DNA from: an uncultured Bacteroidales bacterium | GTDB lineage: Bacteria; Bacteroidota; Bacteroidia; Bacteroidales; VadinHA17 | Reading direction: 5' to 3' | Assembly: GCA_963838215.1 (NCBI GenBank) | Contig: CAWIQG010000005.1 | Coordinates: forward strand, 83,310-147,309 | Length of the DNA: 64,000 nucleotides | Shown: positions 10,975-22,080 of the stretch, piece after piece | Layout of the letters: the number at the start of each line of letters is the position of its first letter | How positions within the stretch are numbered: position 1 is the stretch's first letter | Made by a program: the position numbers and the translations under genes | Notes under the pieces: model-generated | Databases searched by the model: none | What the model saw: the letters and a program-made list of their open reading frames with translations, nothing else | Told to the model about the DNA's origin: nothing

Positions 10975-12240
10975 ATGAACATTGACATACTGTTAGGACT
11001 GCAATGGGGTGACGAAGGAAAAGGAAAAGTTGTTGATGCGCTAAGTCCGGATTATGATATTGTTGCCCGTTTTCAGGGAGGACCAAATGCAGGACATTCT
11101 CTTGAGTTTAATAATGTTAAACATGTACTTCACCTCATTCCTTCAGGTATATTCCATCCTGAGAAATTAAATATAATAGGAAATGGAGTAGTTATTGACC
11201 CTGCTGTCTTTAAAAAAGAAATTGAAGAGTTGGGGCCGTCTGTCAGTGAACTTACAAAGCGACTTGTAATTTCCAACAGGGCAAATCTTATTCTGCCAAC
11301 CCACAGAGTGCTCGATACTGCTTATGAACTTCAAAAGGGAAATACAAAAATAGGATCAACTCTTAAAGGCATTGGTCCGGCTTATACGGATAAAGCAGGT
11401 CGTAACGGATTAAGGATCGGAGATATACTGCGAAAAGAGTTCAGTGAGATGTATGATGATCATCTTAAGAACCACCTGACTATTCTTAAAAACTATGATT
11501 TTAAATTTGATCTGAAAGAGTACGAAAAAGGCTGGTTTGAAGGAATTGAGATATTGAAAAAATTCCGGATAGTAAATACGGAGTATCTTATTAATGACCT
11601 TGCCGGAAAAGGGAAAAAAGTGCTTGCAGAAGGTGCACAGGGAACAATGTTAGATGTGGATTTTGGTTCATATCCTTTTGTCACATCTTCCAATACAATC
11701 AGTGCAGGAGCATGCACAGGATTAGGTATTTCACCAAAGATTGTCGGAGAAGTTTTTGGGATTTTTAAAGCATATTGCACCAGGGTTGGAAGCGGCCCAT
11801 TTCCCACTGAACTGAATGATGAAACAGGAAATACTCTGAGAAACACGGGACGTGAGTTCGGATCTACTACTGGCCGGCCCCGCAGGTGTGGATGGCTCGA
11901 TCTGCCTGCACTGAAATATTCAATAATGATAAATGGAGTTACCAGGTTATTTATGACTAAAGCTGATGTTATGTCGGGGTTTAACGAAGTAGAAATTTGT
12001 ACAGAATATAAAGTTGATGGGAAAAAATGTCCGGAGATCCCGTTTTACAACGAAAGTGTCATTGAACCTGTTTATACCTCCCTGCCAGGTTGGGATGAAG
12101 ATATATCCGGCATAAGGGAATTTGAAAAGTTGCCTGAATCGCTTAAAAGGTTCGTAGAATTCATAGAAAAACAGACCTCCGTTCCGGTTACAATGGTTTC
12201 AGTAGGAGCCGACAGAAAAGAGACAATATTCAGAAAATAA
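10975..12240 (+). CDS. purA: Adenylosuccinate synthase
   Basis: GDEGKGK P-loop (LLGLQWGDEGKGKVVD), GGPNAGH and TTGRPRRCGW motifs. The start is taken at internal Met23 of the track ORF (MNIDILLGLQWGDEGKGK). The upstream 22 codons look like a non-coding extension. Confidence 0.93.
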   Translation: MNIDILLGLQWGDEGKGKVVDALSPDYDIVARFQGGPNAGHSLEFNNVKHVLHLIPSGIFHPEKLNIIGNGVVIDPAVFKKEIEELGPSVSELTKRLVISNRANLILPTHRVLDTAYELQKGNTKIGSTLKGIGPAYTDKAGRNGLRIGDILRKEFSEMYDDHLKNHLTILKNYDFKFDLKEYEKGWFEGIEILKKFRIVNTEYLINDLAGKGKKVLAEGAQGTMLDVDFGSYPFVTSSNTISAGACTGLGISPKIVGEVFGIFKAYCTRVGSGPFPTELNDETGNTLRNTGREFGSTTGRPRRCGWLDLPALKYSIMINGVTRLFMTKADVMSGFNEVEICTEYKVDGKKCPEIPFYNESVIEPVYTSLPGWDEDISGIREFEKLPESLKRFVEFIEKQTSVPVTMVSVGADRKETIFRK

Positions 12241-12243
12241 AAA

Positions 12244-12717
12244 TCATTTTCTAATATATAACCAGGCATCTATGGAAATTGTGTCCTGGAACTCCTTTAG
12301 ACGGGCAATTGCTTTCATGAGATGCTCATGAGCTTCAACTGATACCAGTTGAAACCTGCTTCCTTCTATTTTAAGTATCCTTGCATCATAACCCTGTTTC
12401 CGGTAAACTTCTGCAAATCCCTTTGCATATTCAGGCGTAATGAAACTGCCCACAATGATATTATACTTGTATTTTTTCCCCCATGCCAGTCTCTCTGCAT
12501 CAGCTTTCCTTACAGAATCAAGTTTTGCATTTTCAATTGCCATCAGCTGGTCATGAACTTTTTTTATTGAATCGGCAATTCTTAAACTGTCTTGTCTTGC
12601 ATGCCAAACAGCCATAGTATCTGCTTTACTGCCAAACAATCCTCTACCCTTGAAATATTTACAGGAAGGAAAAACTACCAGAAGCAGTATTACAACAAAA
12701 GCTGATAAATTTCTCAT
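12244..12717 (-). CDS. SPOR-domain (peptidoglycan-binding) lipoprotein/exported protein
   Basis: 157 aa with a signal peptide containing Cys (FPSCKY). The C-terminal ~75 aa fits the SPOR pattern (YNIIVGSFITPEYAKGFAEVYRKQGYDARILKIEGSRFQLVSVEA). Confidence 0.6.
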   Translation of the reverse strand: MRNLSAFVVILLLVVFPSCKYFKGRGLFGSKADTMAVWHARQDSLRIADSIKKVHDQLMAIENAKLDSVRKADAERLAWGKKYKYNIIVGSFITPEYAKGFAEVYRKQGYDARILKIEGSRFQLVSVEAHEHLMKAIARLKEFQDTISIDAWLYIRK

Positions 12718-12896
12718 AATAAATTAATTAAGATTAAACAGAAAACTGGTTATTATTAATAATTAAAGTACCTTAATCAAAGATACAAAATATTGATAAC
12801 CAAACCAAACGATATTATTATACTGCCGGATGTCAAAATACCCCGGATTTTGTATATTCGTCAGGTGAAATTATAATAATCATAAAAACCTGACAA

Positions 12897-14810
12897 ATGA
12901 AATCCTTAATACAATTCTTTGAAGAAAGCGTTGAGAAGTTCAGCAATAATATTTATCTATGGGAAAAACCTAACGATAAATATGAAGGAACGACCTATGG
13001 AGAGACAAAAAAACAGGTTTACGAATTTGCAGCAGGTCTGATAAAACTCGGAATAAAAAGGGGTGACAGGCTTAGTCTTGTTTCTGAAGGCCGGAACAGC
13101 TGGGTTATCGGAGAACTGGGTATTCTGTATGCCAGTGCAATAAATGTTCCATTATCAGTAAAACTGAACCCTGATGAAATAAAATTCAGAATTAACCATT
13201 CAGAGTCAAGGATGATCCTGGTTTCTTCAATCCAGGCTCAGAAATTAAAAGAAATAATTGGAGAATGTTCCACGTTAGAAAAAATAATTCATTTTGATAC
13301 CCAGGAAGAATATTCCGCTAACGAGATTCATTTTAATGAGGTAAGGAAGATCGGAAGGGAGTGGCTTGAAATTAAAGACAATATGACAAAGTTCGAGGAA
13401 TTATCAAGGAGTCTCACTCCTGCTGATTTTGCAAATATCTGCTATACGTCCGGTACGACAGCCGATCCAAAGGGAATCATTCTGACTCACGGGAACTATG
13501 TTTCAAACGTGTATCAGGCTTATAGTCTGATAGATATCCCTGCATTCTACAAAACGCTCCTGATACTTCCGTGGGACCATTCATTTGGACATACTGGAGG
13601 AATATTCGCTTTTATGGGAAGAGGAGCAAGTATTGCATCAGTCAAAACAGGAAAAACGCCTATGGAGACCCTCAGAAATCTTCCGGTATGTCTTAAAGAG
13701 ATCAAACCAAATATGCTTATGAGTGTCCCTGCCATAGCAAAGAACTTCAGAAAGAATATTGAAAAAGGAATCAAAGAGAAAGGAAAGATTATTGAGATTC
13801 TTTTTAATCATGCACTTAAGATCTCATATTCATACAATAAAGAGGGCTGGAACAAAGGAAAAGGTTTACAGAAATTAAAAAAGCCGTTACTTGATCTTTA
13901 TGATAAGATTTTATATAGCAAAATCCGTGAAGGTTACGGCGGAGAACTCGACTATTTTATTGGCGGCGGCGCCTTGCTCGATATTGAACTTCAACGGTTT
14001 TTTTATGCTCTGGGAATTCCAATGTACCAGGGATACGGATTAAGTGAAGCTTCTCCGGTTATATCCTCCAATTCCGCTAGCAGGCATAAATTAGGATCAT
14101 CCGGCGTGCTTGTCAATAATATGGATCTGAAAATTTGTGATGATGATGGCAATGAAGTCCCAACAGGCCAGAAAGGAGAAATTGTAATAAGGGGAGGGAA
14201 TGTGATGCATGGTTATTGGAAAAATGATGCTGCAACAAAAGAATCTATAAAAGACGGATGGTTATATACAGGAGATATGGGTTACATGTCAGAAGATGGC
14301 TTCCTTTACGTACTTGGACGTTTTAAAAGTCTTCTTATTGCCGATGACGGTGAAAAATTCAGCCCGGAAGGCATTGAGGAAGCTATTTCCGAACAATCGA
14401 AATATATTGATCAATGCATGCTTTACAATAACCAAAGGCCTTATTCCGTAGCTTTAGTAGTGCCAAACCAGCATGCACTTAAATTATTTCTCGAAGAAAA
14501 GGATCTTACAGCTGACTCCGATGAAGGGAAAAGAGCTGTAATAACATTGATCGAAAGCGAGGTTAATGAATATCGTACTAATGGGAAATTCGGTAGCATG
14601 TTTCCTCAGCGATGGCTTCCTGTTGCTATAGGTATAATCGAACAAAGCTTTTCTGAAGATAATGGCCTTATGAACTCAACAATGAAAATTGTAAGGGGAA
14701 AAATAATGGACAAATACCAGGACCTGATTGAATACCTGTATACTCCTGATGCCAAGGCAGTGACAAACGAGAGAAATATAGAAGAGATTGAAAAAATGAA
14801 ACTTGGGTAG
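12897..14810 (+). CDS. Long-chain acyl-CoA synthetase (AMP-forming ligase family)
   Basis: 637 aa. AMP-binding motifs YTSGTTADPKG and GYGLSE, plus a C-terminal GWLYTGDMG region. Confidence 0.85.
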   Translation: MKSLIQFFEESVEKFSNNIYLWEKPNDKYEGTTYGETKKQVYEFAAGLIKLGIKRGDRLSLVSEGRNSWVIGELGILYASAINVPLSVKLNPDEIKFRINHSESRMILVSSIQAQKLKEIIGECSTLEKIIHFDTQEEYSANEIHFNEVRKIGREWLEIKDNMTKFEELSRSLTPADFANICYTSGTTADPKGIILTHGNYVSNVYQAYSLIDIPAFYKTLLILPWDHSFGHTGGIFAFMGRGASIASVKTGKTPMETLRNLPVCLKEIKPNMLMSVPAIAKNFRKNIEKGIKEKGKIIEILFNHALKISYSYNKEGWNKGKGLQKLKKPLLDLYDKILYSKIREGYGGELDYFIGGGALLDIELQRFFYALGIPMYQGYGLSEASPVISSNSASRHKLGSSGVLVNNMDLKICDDDGNEVPTGQKGEIVIRGGNVMHGYWKNDAATKESIKDGWLYTGDMGYMSEDGFLYVLGRFKSLLIADDGEKFSPEGIEEAISEQSKYIDQCMLYNNQRPYSVALVVPNQHALKLFLEEKDLTADSDEGKRAVITLIESEVNEYRTNGKFGSMFPQRWLPVAIGIIEQSFSEDNGLMNSTMKIVRGKIMDKYQDLIEYLYTPDAKAVTNERNIEEIEKMKLG

Positions 14811-14910
14811 CCTGATACACATATAAATACTATGATTAAGAACTGTGATCTTTTGTCAGGAATCATTTTCTATTAAATTAATCAATTCTGTCATCTTTAT
14901 TCAAAAAAAT

Positions 14911-16950
14911 ATGAAAAATATTATAATCAGAGCAATATTTTTGGTTTTGGTATTAAGTGTATCCTGTACACATAATAATGAGATCAATTGGAAGATTGCT
15001 GATAATCCGATTCTTACAAAATGGGCGTCCGATGTTGACCCATTAAAGCCATGGCTGCAATATCCCAGGCCTGACCTGGTGAGAACTAATTGGATAAATC
15101 TCAATGGTTTGTGGGACTATGCAATAACTTCCAGAGATATAAAACCTGAAAAATGGGATGGTAAAATTCTTGTCCCATACCCGGTAGAATCAGCAATTTC
15201 GGGCGTAAAAAGAAGAGTTTCCGAAAAAGAAAATCTCTGGTACAAAAGATTTTTTAAAATACCGCCGATTTGGAATAAAAAACATATTCTTCTGAATTTC
15301 GAAGCCTGCGACTGGGAAACGAACGTATGGATCGACGGGAAAAATGTCGGGAAACATTGTGGCGGATACGATCCTTTTACTTTTGATATTACACAATATC
15401 TTGGCGACAAGAAGATCCATGAGTTACTGGTTCGTGTGTGGGATCCCACCGATAAAGGAACTCAGCCACATGGGAAACAGGTTTCATCACCGGGGAGTAT
15501 ATGGTACACTCCAACAACAGGTATCTGGCAGACAGTTTGGATAGAACCTGTAAATGAATCATACATATCTTCATTCCGTACGATTACAAATGCCGATAAC
15601 GGGACCATCGTTTTTAAAGCTGATGTCAAAAATGCATGTGCAGACCTGCTGACATTCACGTTAAAAAAAGATGGAAAGAAAATTGCTACCGCGATCGGAA
15701 ATCCTGATCATGAGATCACTGTCAAAATTGAAAGCCCGGTGCTTTGGTCTCCTGAGAATCCTTTTCTATACGATATTACCGTTGAATTAAAAGCCGGAAA
15801 TAAAACAGTAGATAACGTGACTTCTTATACAGGTATCAGAAAGATCTCAATTGGAAAAACAGCTGACGGTTTTACAAGAATACTGTTAAATAATGTATTT
15901 GTATATCAGAATGGCCCACTTGATCAGGGATTCTGGCCAGATGGAATTTATACTCCTCCTACTGAAGATGCAATGGTTTTTGACCTTGAAATGATCAGGA
16001 AAATGGGATTCAACATGTTACGAAAACATGTAAAGGTTGAAAACAGGATCTTTTATCACTGGTGCGATAAAATTGGTATTCTTGTATGGCAGGATATGCC
16101 AAGCGGTGATAAGTATATAAGCGGCGATCAACCGGATATTGAAAAGTCGAAGGAGGCAACGGAACAGTACGAGTTTGAATTAAAGAGAATGATTGAGACA
16201 AAATTCAACCATCCCTCAATTATCATGTGGGTTCCTTTCAATGAAGGCTGGGGTCAGTTTGAAACAGGAAGAATTACTCAACTCATTGAAGATTATGACC
16301 ATACACGGCTTGTCAATAGTGCATCAGGTTGGACCAATCGAGGAACCGGCAATGTAAATGACATACATCATTATCCCGACCCTGCCTGTCCGCCGACAGA
16401 GGAGAAAAGAGCAATAGTACTTGGTGAGTTTGGAGGTCTCGGTCTTCCATTGCAGGGACATACATGGGAAAAGAAGAACTGGGGCTACAGGAATATGGAA
16501 GACACTCTACAGTTACTTTCCAGATATGAATCATATTATGACCAGATTCATAAGTTTGTGCATGAGAATGGTTTAAGTGCAACAATTTACACCCAGACCA
16601 CTGATGTTGAAACTGAGACTAACGGCCTCATGACTTACGACAGGAAAGTAAATAAGATGGGCGTCGAAAATGTTTTCAGGGCAAATAATAATATGATACC
16701 TCCCACCCTTGTTTCTCCTGTCAGAGAGTTTACTGATATCTATACAGCAGAACTTAAAAATAACAGGCCAGGCGGAAAAATTTTCTATACCATCGATGGC
16801 AGAGAACCTAGCGAAAATTCCAGTGTCTATTCCGGACCTTTTAACCTGTCGGAGACAACCACAATCAAAGCTTTCACTAAATGGACAGATGGACTGAGCC
16901 GGGTAATTACATATAAGGTCGAAAAGAAAAATGTGACTGGTACAGATTAA
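14911..16950 (+). CDS. Glycoside hydrolase family 2 enzyme, exported
   Basis: Start taken at internal MKNIIIRAIFLVLVLSVSC (signal/lipobox-like). GH2 sugar-binding region (ILLNFEACDWETNVWIDGKNVGKHCGGYDPFTFDIT; LVRVWDPTD). TIM-barrel region with NEGWGQ. C-terminal FYTIDGREPS...IKAF chitobiase-C-like tail. Confidence 0.8.
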   Translation: MKNIIIRAIFLVLVLSVSCTHNNEINWKIADNPILTKWASDVDPLKPWLQYPRPDLVRTNWINLNGLWDYAITSRDIKPEKWDGKILVPYPVESAISGVKRRVSEKENLWYKRFFKIPPIWNKKHILLNFEACDWETNVWIDGKNVGKHCGGYDPFTFDITQYLGDKKIHELLVRVWDPTDKGTQPHGKQVSSPGSIWYTPTTGIWQTVWIEPVNESYISSFRTITNADNGTIVFKADVKNACADLLTFTLKKDGKKIATAIGNPDHEITVKIESPVLWSPENPFLYDITVELKAGNKTVDNVTSYTGIRKISIGKTADGFTRILLNNVFVYQNGPLDQGFWPDGIYTPPTEDAMVFDLEMIRKMGFNMLRKHVKVENRIFYHWCDKIGILVWQDMPSGDKYISGDQPDIEKSKEATEQYEFELKRMIETKFNHPSIIMWVPFNEGWGQFETGRITQLIEDYDHTRLVNSASGWTNRGTGNVNDIHHYPDPACPPTEEKRAIVLGEFGGLGLPLQGHTWEKKNWGYRNMEDTLQLLSRYESYYDQIHKFVHENGLSATIYTQTTDVETETNGLMTYDRKVNKMGVENVFRANNNMIPPTLVSPVREFTDIYTAELKNNRPGGKIFYTIDGREPSENSSVYSGPFNLSETTTIKAFTKWTDGLSRVITYKVEKKNVTGTD

Positions 16951-16955
16951 ATATT

Positions 16956-17507
16956 TTAACCTTTCAATCTGTTATTAAAAGGAAGAAACGTCATAAAGTC
17001 GGCATGATGAACTATATATGCTTCTGTGGTCCTTTTTACCAGGTCACCCTCCTGCGCATGGGCCGCAATAATATGACAAACTTCCGGTGGTACACCGCAC
17101 TCCTCCGCCAATGATACTCCTGAAAACGGATGTCGCAGGTACTGCCCGTATTTCCCCTGAACAGTTTTTCCATCTTTATCAATCTCATATTCAAGTAATT
17201 TACCGACATCTGCCAGGATTGCGCCGGAAATAAGAACGTCCATATTCACAGGCAGGTTATTCCCGAAGAATTCGTTCATTTTTTCTCCGCTCGTCCTTGC
17301 AACATGTACCACACATCTTTTATGAGCCATGAAACTAACTTTCAGATCTGACCCGTATAAAAGTGTAAATGGGATCTTCTCAAGATCTTCAATGTCAAGG
17401 ATGCTCCTTTCAATCGCCAGTTCCCACGTTTTAGCCGTTTTTTCCCTTAGTGATTTGTCTTTTATCCACTCAAGTTCCGGCCATAATTTTTGAACCTTTT
17501 CAGTCAT
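16956..17507 (-). CDS. HD-domain phosphohydrolase-family protein
   Basis: 183 aa. His/Asp-containing segments typical of HD proteins (HKRCVVHVA; LISGAILADVGK; HIIAAHAQEGD). Confidence 0.6.
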   Translation of the reverse strand: MTEKVQKLWPELEWIKDKSLREKTAKTWELAIERSILDIEDLEKIPFTLLYGSDLKVSFMAHKRCVVHVARTSGEKMNEFFGNNLPVNMDVLISGAILADVGKLLEYEIDKDGKTVQGKYGQYLRHPFSGVSLAEECGVPPEVCHIIAAHAQEGDLVKRTTEAYIVHHADFMTFLPFNNRLKG

Positions 17508-17522
17508 ATAGAAAAGTTTTAG

Positions 17523-18719
17523 TTACTTTAATCTGGCTATGATAGCATCAGTCATCCTGATTGTAGAAGCAGCACCATTTTGAATAACATCGGGACTGCC
17601 TGTCATCTTCATCATATCATAAGTTCTGACTTTACCCTCCTCAATCACTTCTGCAATAGCCTTCCGGATTTTAGTTGAGATTGTTTTCTCTTCGATATAA
17701 TCAAGCATCATACAGGCTGATTCAATCATGGCAATAGGATTCACTATTGAAACCTCGTAACCGGCATATTTCGGAGCTGATCCGTGCGTTGGTTCAAACA
17801 CTGCAACACCATCGGAAGAGAACTGAGCGCTGCATGCAAAACCAAGTCCGCCTATAAGACCGGCAAAAGCATCCGATGCTATATCTCCAAACATATTGCC
17901 TGCAACAATAACTCCATAATCCTCGGGGTTTTTTGTCAGCCACATCATTTGTGCATCTATATTAGTATTCATCAGTTTAATTTCAGGGAAAGAATTTTTC
18001 TGTATCTCTTTAGCCAGCTTCCACATTAATCCCGATGTTTCTCTTATTACATTTGGTTTTTCGCAAACTGTGACTAACTTGTATCCATAATTCTTTGCAT
18101 ATTCAAAAGCAGCCATAAGGATTCTCATTGTTGCCTTTCTTGTAAAAATCCTTGTTGATATTGAAAGTTCCTCGACCGGCACTTTGCTGAAGTTTTCAAC
18201 AAATTTAGGATGAGTCAACAGGGCCTGATAAACCTGGATCGGAGGATTGGTCCACTCAACACCAGAGTACAAACATTCTGTATTCTGACGGAATATAACC
18301 ACATCAACAAGCGGTTCATCAATTGTAATTCCTTCTCCTCTTTTTACAAAATTAAGAGGATTGCCTTTGTAAGATTTACAGGGACGAACACAAATATCAA
18401 GATTAAATAGCTGCCTTAGCCTCACAATAGGACTTGAGTAGACATATCCTTTTCCTAGTAAATGAGGATTCAGTTCAGCTTTTGCTTCATCATCCGGCTT
18501 TGAAGTAATTGCTCCAAAAAGGGCAATTTTATGTTTCTCAATAAGATCTATTGTTCTCTGAGGCAAAGGATTACCCTCTTTGCACCAGAATTCCCAACCA
18601 ATATCTCCATGTATATAATTTGCCTCAAATCCTGCAGCATCGAGCACCCTGATGGCCTGTTTAAGTACAACTGCACCTATTCCATCGCCTGGTAGAGTAA
18701 CTATTGAACGTTTTACCAT
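17523..18719 (-). CDS. Isocitrate/isopropylmalate dehydrogenase family enzyme
   Basis: Start taken at internal MVKRSIVTLPGDGIG. NMFGDIASD and FEPTHGSAPKYAG motifs of beta-decarboxylating dehydrogenases. Substrate not assignable by eye. Confidence 0.8.
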   Translation of the reverse strand: MVKRSIVTLPGDGIGAVVLKQAIRVLDAAGFEANYIHGDIGWEFWCKEGNPLPQRTIDLIEKHKIALFGAITSKPDDEAKAELNPHLLGKGYVYSSPIVRLRQLFNLDICVRPCKSYKGNPLNFVKRGEGITIDEPLVDVVIFRQNTECLYSGVEWTNPPIQVYQALLTHPKFVENFSKVPVEELSISTRIFTRKATMRILMAAFEYAKNYGYKLVTVCEKPNVIRETSGLMWKLAKEIQKNSFPEIKLMNTNIDAQMMWLTKNPEDYGVIVAGNMFGDIASDAFAGLIGGLGFACSAQFSSDGVAVFEPTHGSAPKYAGYEVSIVNPIAMIESACMMLDYIEEKTISTKIRKAIAEVIEEGKVRTYDMMKMTGSPDVIQNGAASTIRMTDAIIARLK

Positions 18720-18871
18720 ATTTAGTCTGTAAATTTCATTTAATCCGAAGTTAAACGTAAAAATAGTTAAAAAATGACAGGTGCTCAAACTGAACATTAA
18801 ATTTACTCCTGAACAGGAAAGATGAAAAAAAGTAGTAAATTTGCGGCCAGTCAGGGATCATTTTATAAAGT

Positions 18872-20347
18872 ATGAGCGTTTTAAGTGAACTAAATCCAGC
18901 GCCAATCTGGATCTTCTTTGAAGAGATATGCAAAATTCCACGTCTGTCAAAGAACGAGGGGAAGATCAGACAATACCTTCTTGATTTTGCAAAGAAAAAC
19001 AATCTTGAATCTAAGGAAGACCAAGTTGGAAATATACTGATTATCAAACCGGCAACCGCTGGAATGGAGAACAGGAAAACTGTTGTTCTTCAGAGTCACA
19101 TGGATATGGTAGGAGAAAAGAATGCTGATTATCAGCATAACTGGGAAACAGATCCGATTATTCCGGTGATACAAGATGGTTGGGTAACTGCCAAATGGAC
19201 TACGCTTGGAGCAGATGATGGCATAGGCATTGCCTCTCAAATGGCTATCCTTACAGATAAAAATCTGAAAGCAGGAGAAATAGAATGCCTTTTCACCGTT
19301 GATGAAGAATCGGGAATGACCGGGGCAATTAATCTTAAGTCTGATTTGTTCACCGGCAAAACACTGTTAAATCTCGATTCAGAAGACGAAGGGATCCTTT
19401 TCATAGGTTGTGCAGGAGGAATGGATACGATTGGAACAATGAATTATAAACCGGTTCCGATAGTAAAAGGTTCCTTGGCGTTTGAAATTTCAGTAACCGG
19501 GCTGCATGGAGGTCATTCAGGCGATGAAATTCATAAAGGTTATGGAAACTCAGTAAAGATCATTAACCGGTTGCTATGGAATATTTCGAATCAGTATGAT
19601 ATTTCTGTTGCAGGTTTTGATGGAGGTAATCTGAGAAATGCAATACCAAGAGAAGCATTCGCAACAATTGTATTAAAAAAATCGGACAGTCAAGCGATAA
19701 AAAACCAGATTGATAATTACTATTTGACCCTGGTTGATGAATTTGGTGAACTTGAAAAAGAGTTAAAGATTTCCTTCACGGAAGTTGATCTGCCCGCTTT
19801 AGTTATGGATAAAGAGAGTCAGTCAAAGTTTCTTAATGCATTAACCTGTTGCCCCCATGGAGTGATAGCTTGGTCAAAAGAGATGGATGACCTGGTTGAA
19901 ACGTCTACCAATCTTGCATCTGCAAAGTTCTGCGAAAAAAATACAATTAAAATTGCTACTACCCAGAGGAGTTCCATCGAATCCTCAAAGTTTGATGCTG
20001 CATCAATGGTTGATTCATGTCTCAGGCTTGCCGGAGCAGAAGTTGTTCATTCTGACGGATACCCGGGATGGAAACCTAATCTTACGTCAGAGATACTTAA
20101 AATAACCCGCCAATCGTACCTTGAATTATTTGGCAAAGAACCGATGATAAGGGCAATCCATGCAGGTCTTGAGTGTGGTCTGATCTATGAAAAGATCAAA
20201 GGAATTGATATGATATCCTTCGGGCCCACAATCAGAGGGGCACATACTCCCGAAGAGATGATTGAAATAAAAACTGCGCAGATGTTCTGGGACCTTCTTA
20301 CGGATGTTGTAAAAAAAATGCCGCTGAAGCAGGTTAATCATAATTGA
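18872..20347 (+). CDS. pepD: Aminoacyl-histidine (Xaa-His) dipeptidase, M20 family
   Basis: 491 aa. [20 protein letters not shown] and [11 protein letters not shown] motifs, with PepD-like length. Confidence 0.85.
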   Translation: MSVLSELNPAPIWIFFEEICKIPRLSKNEGKIRQYLLDFAKKNNLESKEDQVGNILIIKPATAGMENRKTVVLQSHMDMVGEKNADYQHNWETDPIIPVIQDGWVTAKWTTLGADDGIGIASQMAILTDKNLKAGEIECLFTVDEESGMTGAINLKSDLFTGKTLLNLDSEDEGILFIGCAGGMDTIGTMNYKPVPIVKGSLAFEISVTGLHGGHSGDEIHKGYGNSVKIINRLLWNISNQYDISVAGFDGGNLRNAIPREAFATIVLKKSDSQAIKNQIDNYYLTLVDEFGELEKELKISFTEVDLPALVMDKESQSKFLNALTCCPHGVIAWSKEMDDLVETSTNLASAKFCEKNTIKIATTQRSSIESSKFDAASMVDSCLRLAGAEVVHSDGYPGWKPNLTSEILKITRQSYLELFGKEPMIRAIHAGLECGLIYEKIKGIDMISFGPTIRGAHTPEEMIEIKTAQMFWDLLTDVVKKMPLKQVNHN

Positions 20348-20495
20348 GAAATTCATCTTTGGCTGCTCCACACACCGGACAAATGTAATCAGCAGGAAGA
20401 TCAGCGAATGGTATGCCAGGTTCAATTCCTCCGGCTGTATCTCCCTGTTCAGGATCGTAGATATATCCACAAATAACACATTTATACTTTTCCAT
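20334..20495 (-). CDS. Rubredoxin
   Basis: Start taken at internal [19 protein letters not shown]...[13 protein letters not shown], giving two CxxC pairs in ~53 aa. The 3' end overlaps the pepD 3' end convergently by 14 nt. Confidence 0.9.
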   Translation of the reverse strand: MEKYKCVICGYIYDPEQGDTAGGIEPGIPFADLPADYICPVCGAAKDEFLNYD

Positions 20496-20503
20496 ATTAA
20501 AAA

Positions 20504-22063
20504 CTATCCCGATTTTATTTTTCTTACCACATCTATGATGGTTCCATCGACCCATTTAATTGCAGCAACAATATCGTCCTCAAACTGAGGTTTTTGTGGT
20601 TTTCCACATATTTCTTCGGCCTCATATTTAAGTTCATCAATGGTTTTCAAGGGAAGGCCACTCCCCTTAATGCTATTGATAAGATCCTGTCGCAATGGAT
20701 TTATTGCAATACCTCTTTCAGTAATAATTACATCAATGAGTTCACCGGGTCCGCATAGTGTTGTCACTTCATCAACTATCACAGGAATTCTGTCCCGGAA
20801 CAGAGGTATTGGAAGGATCACATTTCTTGCATGAAGGCAGTTCTGCCATCCACCTATACCATGAAGAAGATAACCATCGGAATGAGTGACAACATTGCCA
20901 TTGAAATTTAAATCCACCTCAGTTGCCCCCAATATCATAATATCCATTAAACTTGTCAGGTTTCCCTTGGAGTGATAATTATATGCATTGAATACTGAAT
21001 ATGCAATATGGCCAGAATTATTCTCAATTGACCGTACAGCATCAAGATCGAATGCCTGAGCATCAAGTATAAAACCCATCTGTCCTTCTTCAAGCATCTC
21101 TACCATATATTTTGTGCTGCCGCCAAAACCAAATTTCGATTTCCATCCATTATTCTTCAGAATCTGGTGTACGAACACAGCAATAGCGAGTGATGTACCT
21201 CCTGCACCTGCCTGAACAGTTACCCCATCTTTCAGAATACCCGACTTTTCAAGAAATGAAGCGGTTAATTCTGCAATTAACAATCTATCAGGGCTTTTGG
21301 TTATTTTTGTTGTGCCTGATACAATTTTTTCAGGTATTCCGATCTTATCCACCACAACTACGTAATCAACATAATTCCCCTCAATTTCCATCGGGAAACA
21401 TGGAAGATCAATTAAATTATCTGTCACTACAATAACCTTGTCGGCATACATCGAATCAGCTTTTGCATAACCTAACACACCGCATGCAGAAGTGCCTCCT
21501 GTTCCTTTTGCATTTCCAAACGAATCGGCTGTCGGTGCAGCGAGTATTGCAATATCAATCTTAACATCACCATCTTGTATTGCTTGAACGCGGCCTCCAT
21601 GCGATCTGAGTACTGCAGTTCCTTTCATCCTGCCTTCAGAGACATATCGTCCCAATGGTCCGTTCATACTTCCTTCAATCCTATTTATTGTACCATCATC
21701 CAAGTACCTGATAACAGCTTCATTGCAGGGGAAAGAAGCTGAAGGGAACCAAACCAGATCCTTCACTCCCATTGCAGATGCCAGTTCGAATACTTTATTG
21801 CTTATTAAATCGCCATCCCTTAGATGATGATGCGTTGAAATGGTCATTCCATCGCGAAGACCACATTTACGAAGCGCATCTTCGAGCGATGAAACCACCT
21901 TATTACCGTCATCCGGAAAGTCATAACATGTTGCTATCGGAGGCGAATGTTTGCCACCTTCCGGTCTGTGTTTTCCAACACCTTTATAAGGAATTACGGG
22001 CTTACCATTGATCTCCAGCGGCACTGACCTGCCGGCTGCATTAATTACCATTTTGATAGCCAT
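20504..22063 (-). CDS. citF: Citrate lyase alpha subunit (citrate CoA-transferase)
   Basis: 519 aa. CitF-like [16 protein letters not shown] and GATEVD segments. Sits immediately downstream of the citD::citE gene. Confidence 0.85.
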   Translation of the reverse strand: MAIKMVINAAGRSVPLEINGKPVIPYKGVGKHRPEGGKHSPPIATCYDFPDDGNKVVSSLEDALRKCGLRDGMTISTHHHLRDGDLISNKVFELASAMGVKDLVWFPSASFPCNEAVIRYLDDGTINRIEGSMNGPLGRYVSEGRMKGTAVLRSHGGRVQAIQDGDVKIDIAILAAPTADSFGNAKGTGGTSACGVLGYAKADSMYADKVIVVTDNLIDLPCFPMEIEGNYVDYVVVVDKIGIPEKIVSGTTKITKSPDRLLIAELTASFLEKSGILKDGVTVQAGAGGTSLAIAVFVHQILKNNGWKSKFGFGGSTKYMVEMLEEGQMGFILDAQAFDLDAVRSIENNSGHIAYSVFNAYNYHSKGNLTSLMDIMILGATEVDLNFNGNVVTHSDGYLLHGIGGWQNCLHARNVILPIPLFRDRIPVIVDEVTTLCGPGELIDVIITERGIAINPLRQDLINSIKGSGLPLKTIDELKYEAEEICGKPQKPQFEDDIVAAIKWVDGTIIDVVRKIKSG

Positions 22064-22080
22064 ATTTTTCTAATTCATCC

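Noticed and set aside
20334-20347. 14-nt convergent overlap of the pepD and rubredoxin 3' ends
   Set aside because: Short tail-to-tail overlaps are common in compact genomes, and nothing suggests a regulatory antisense function.
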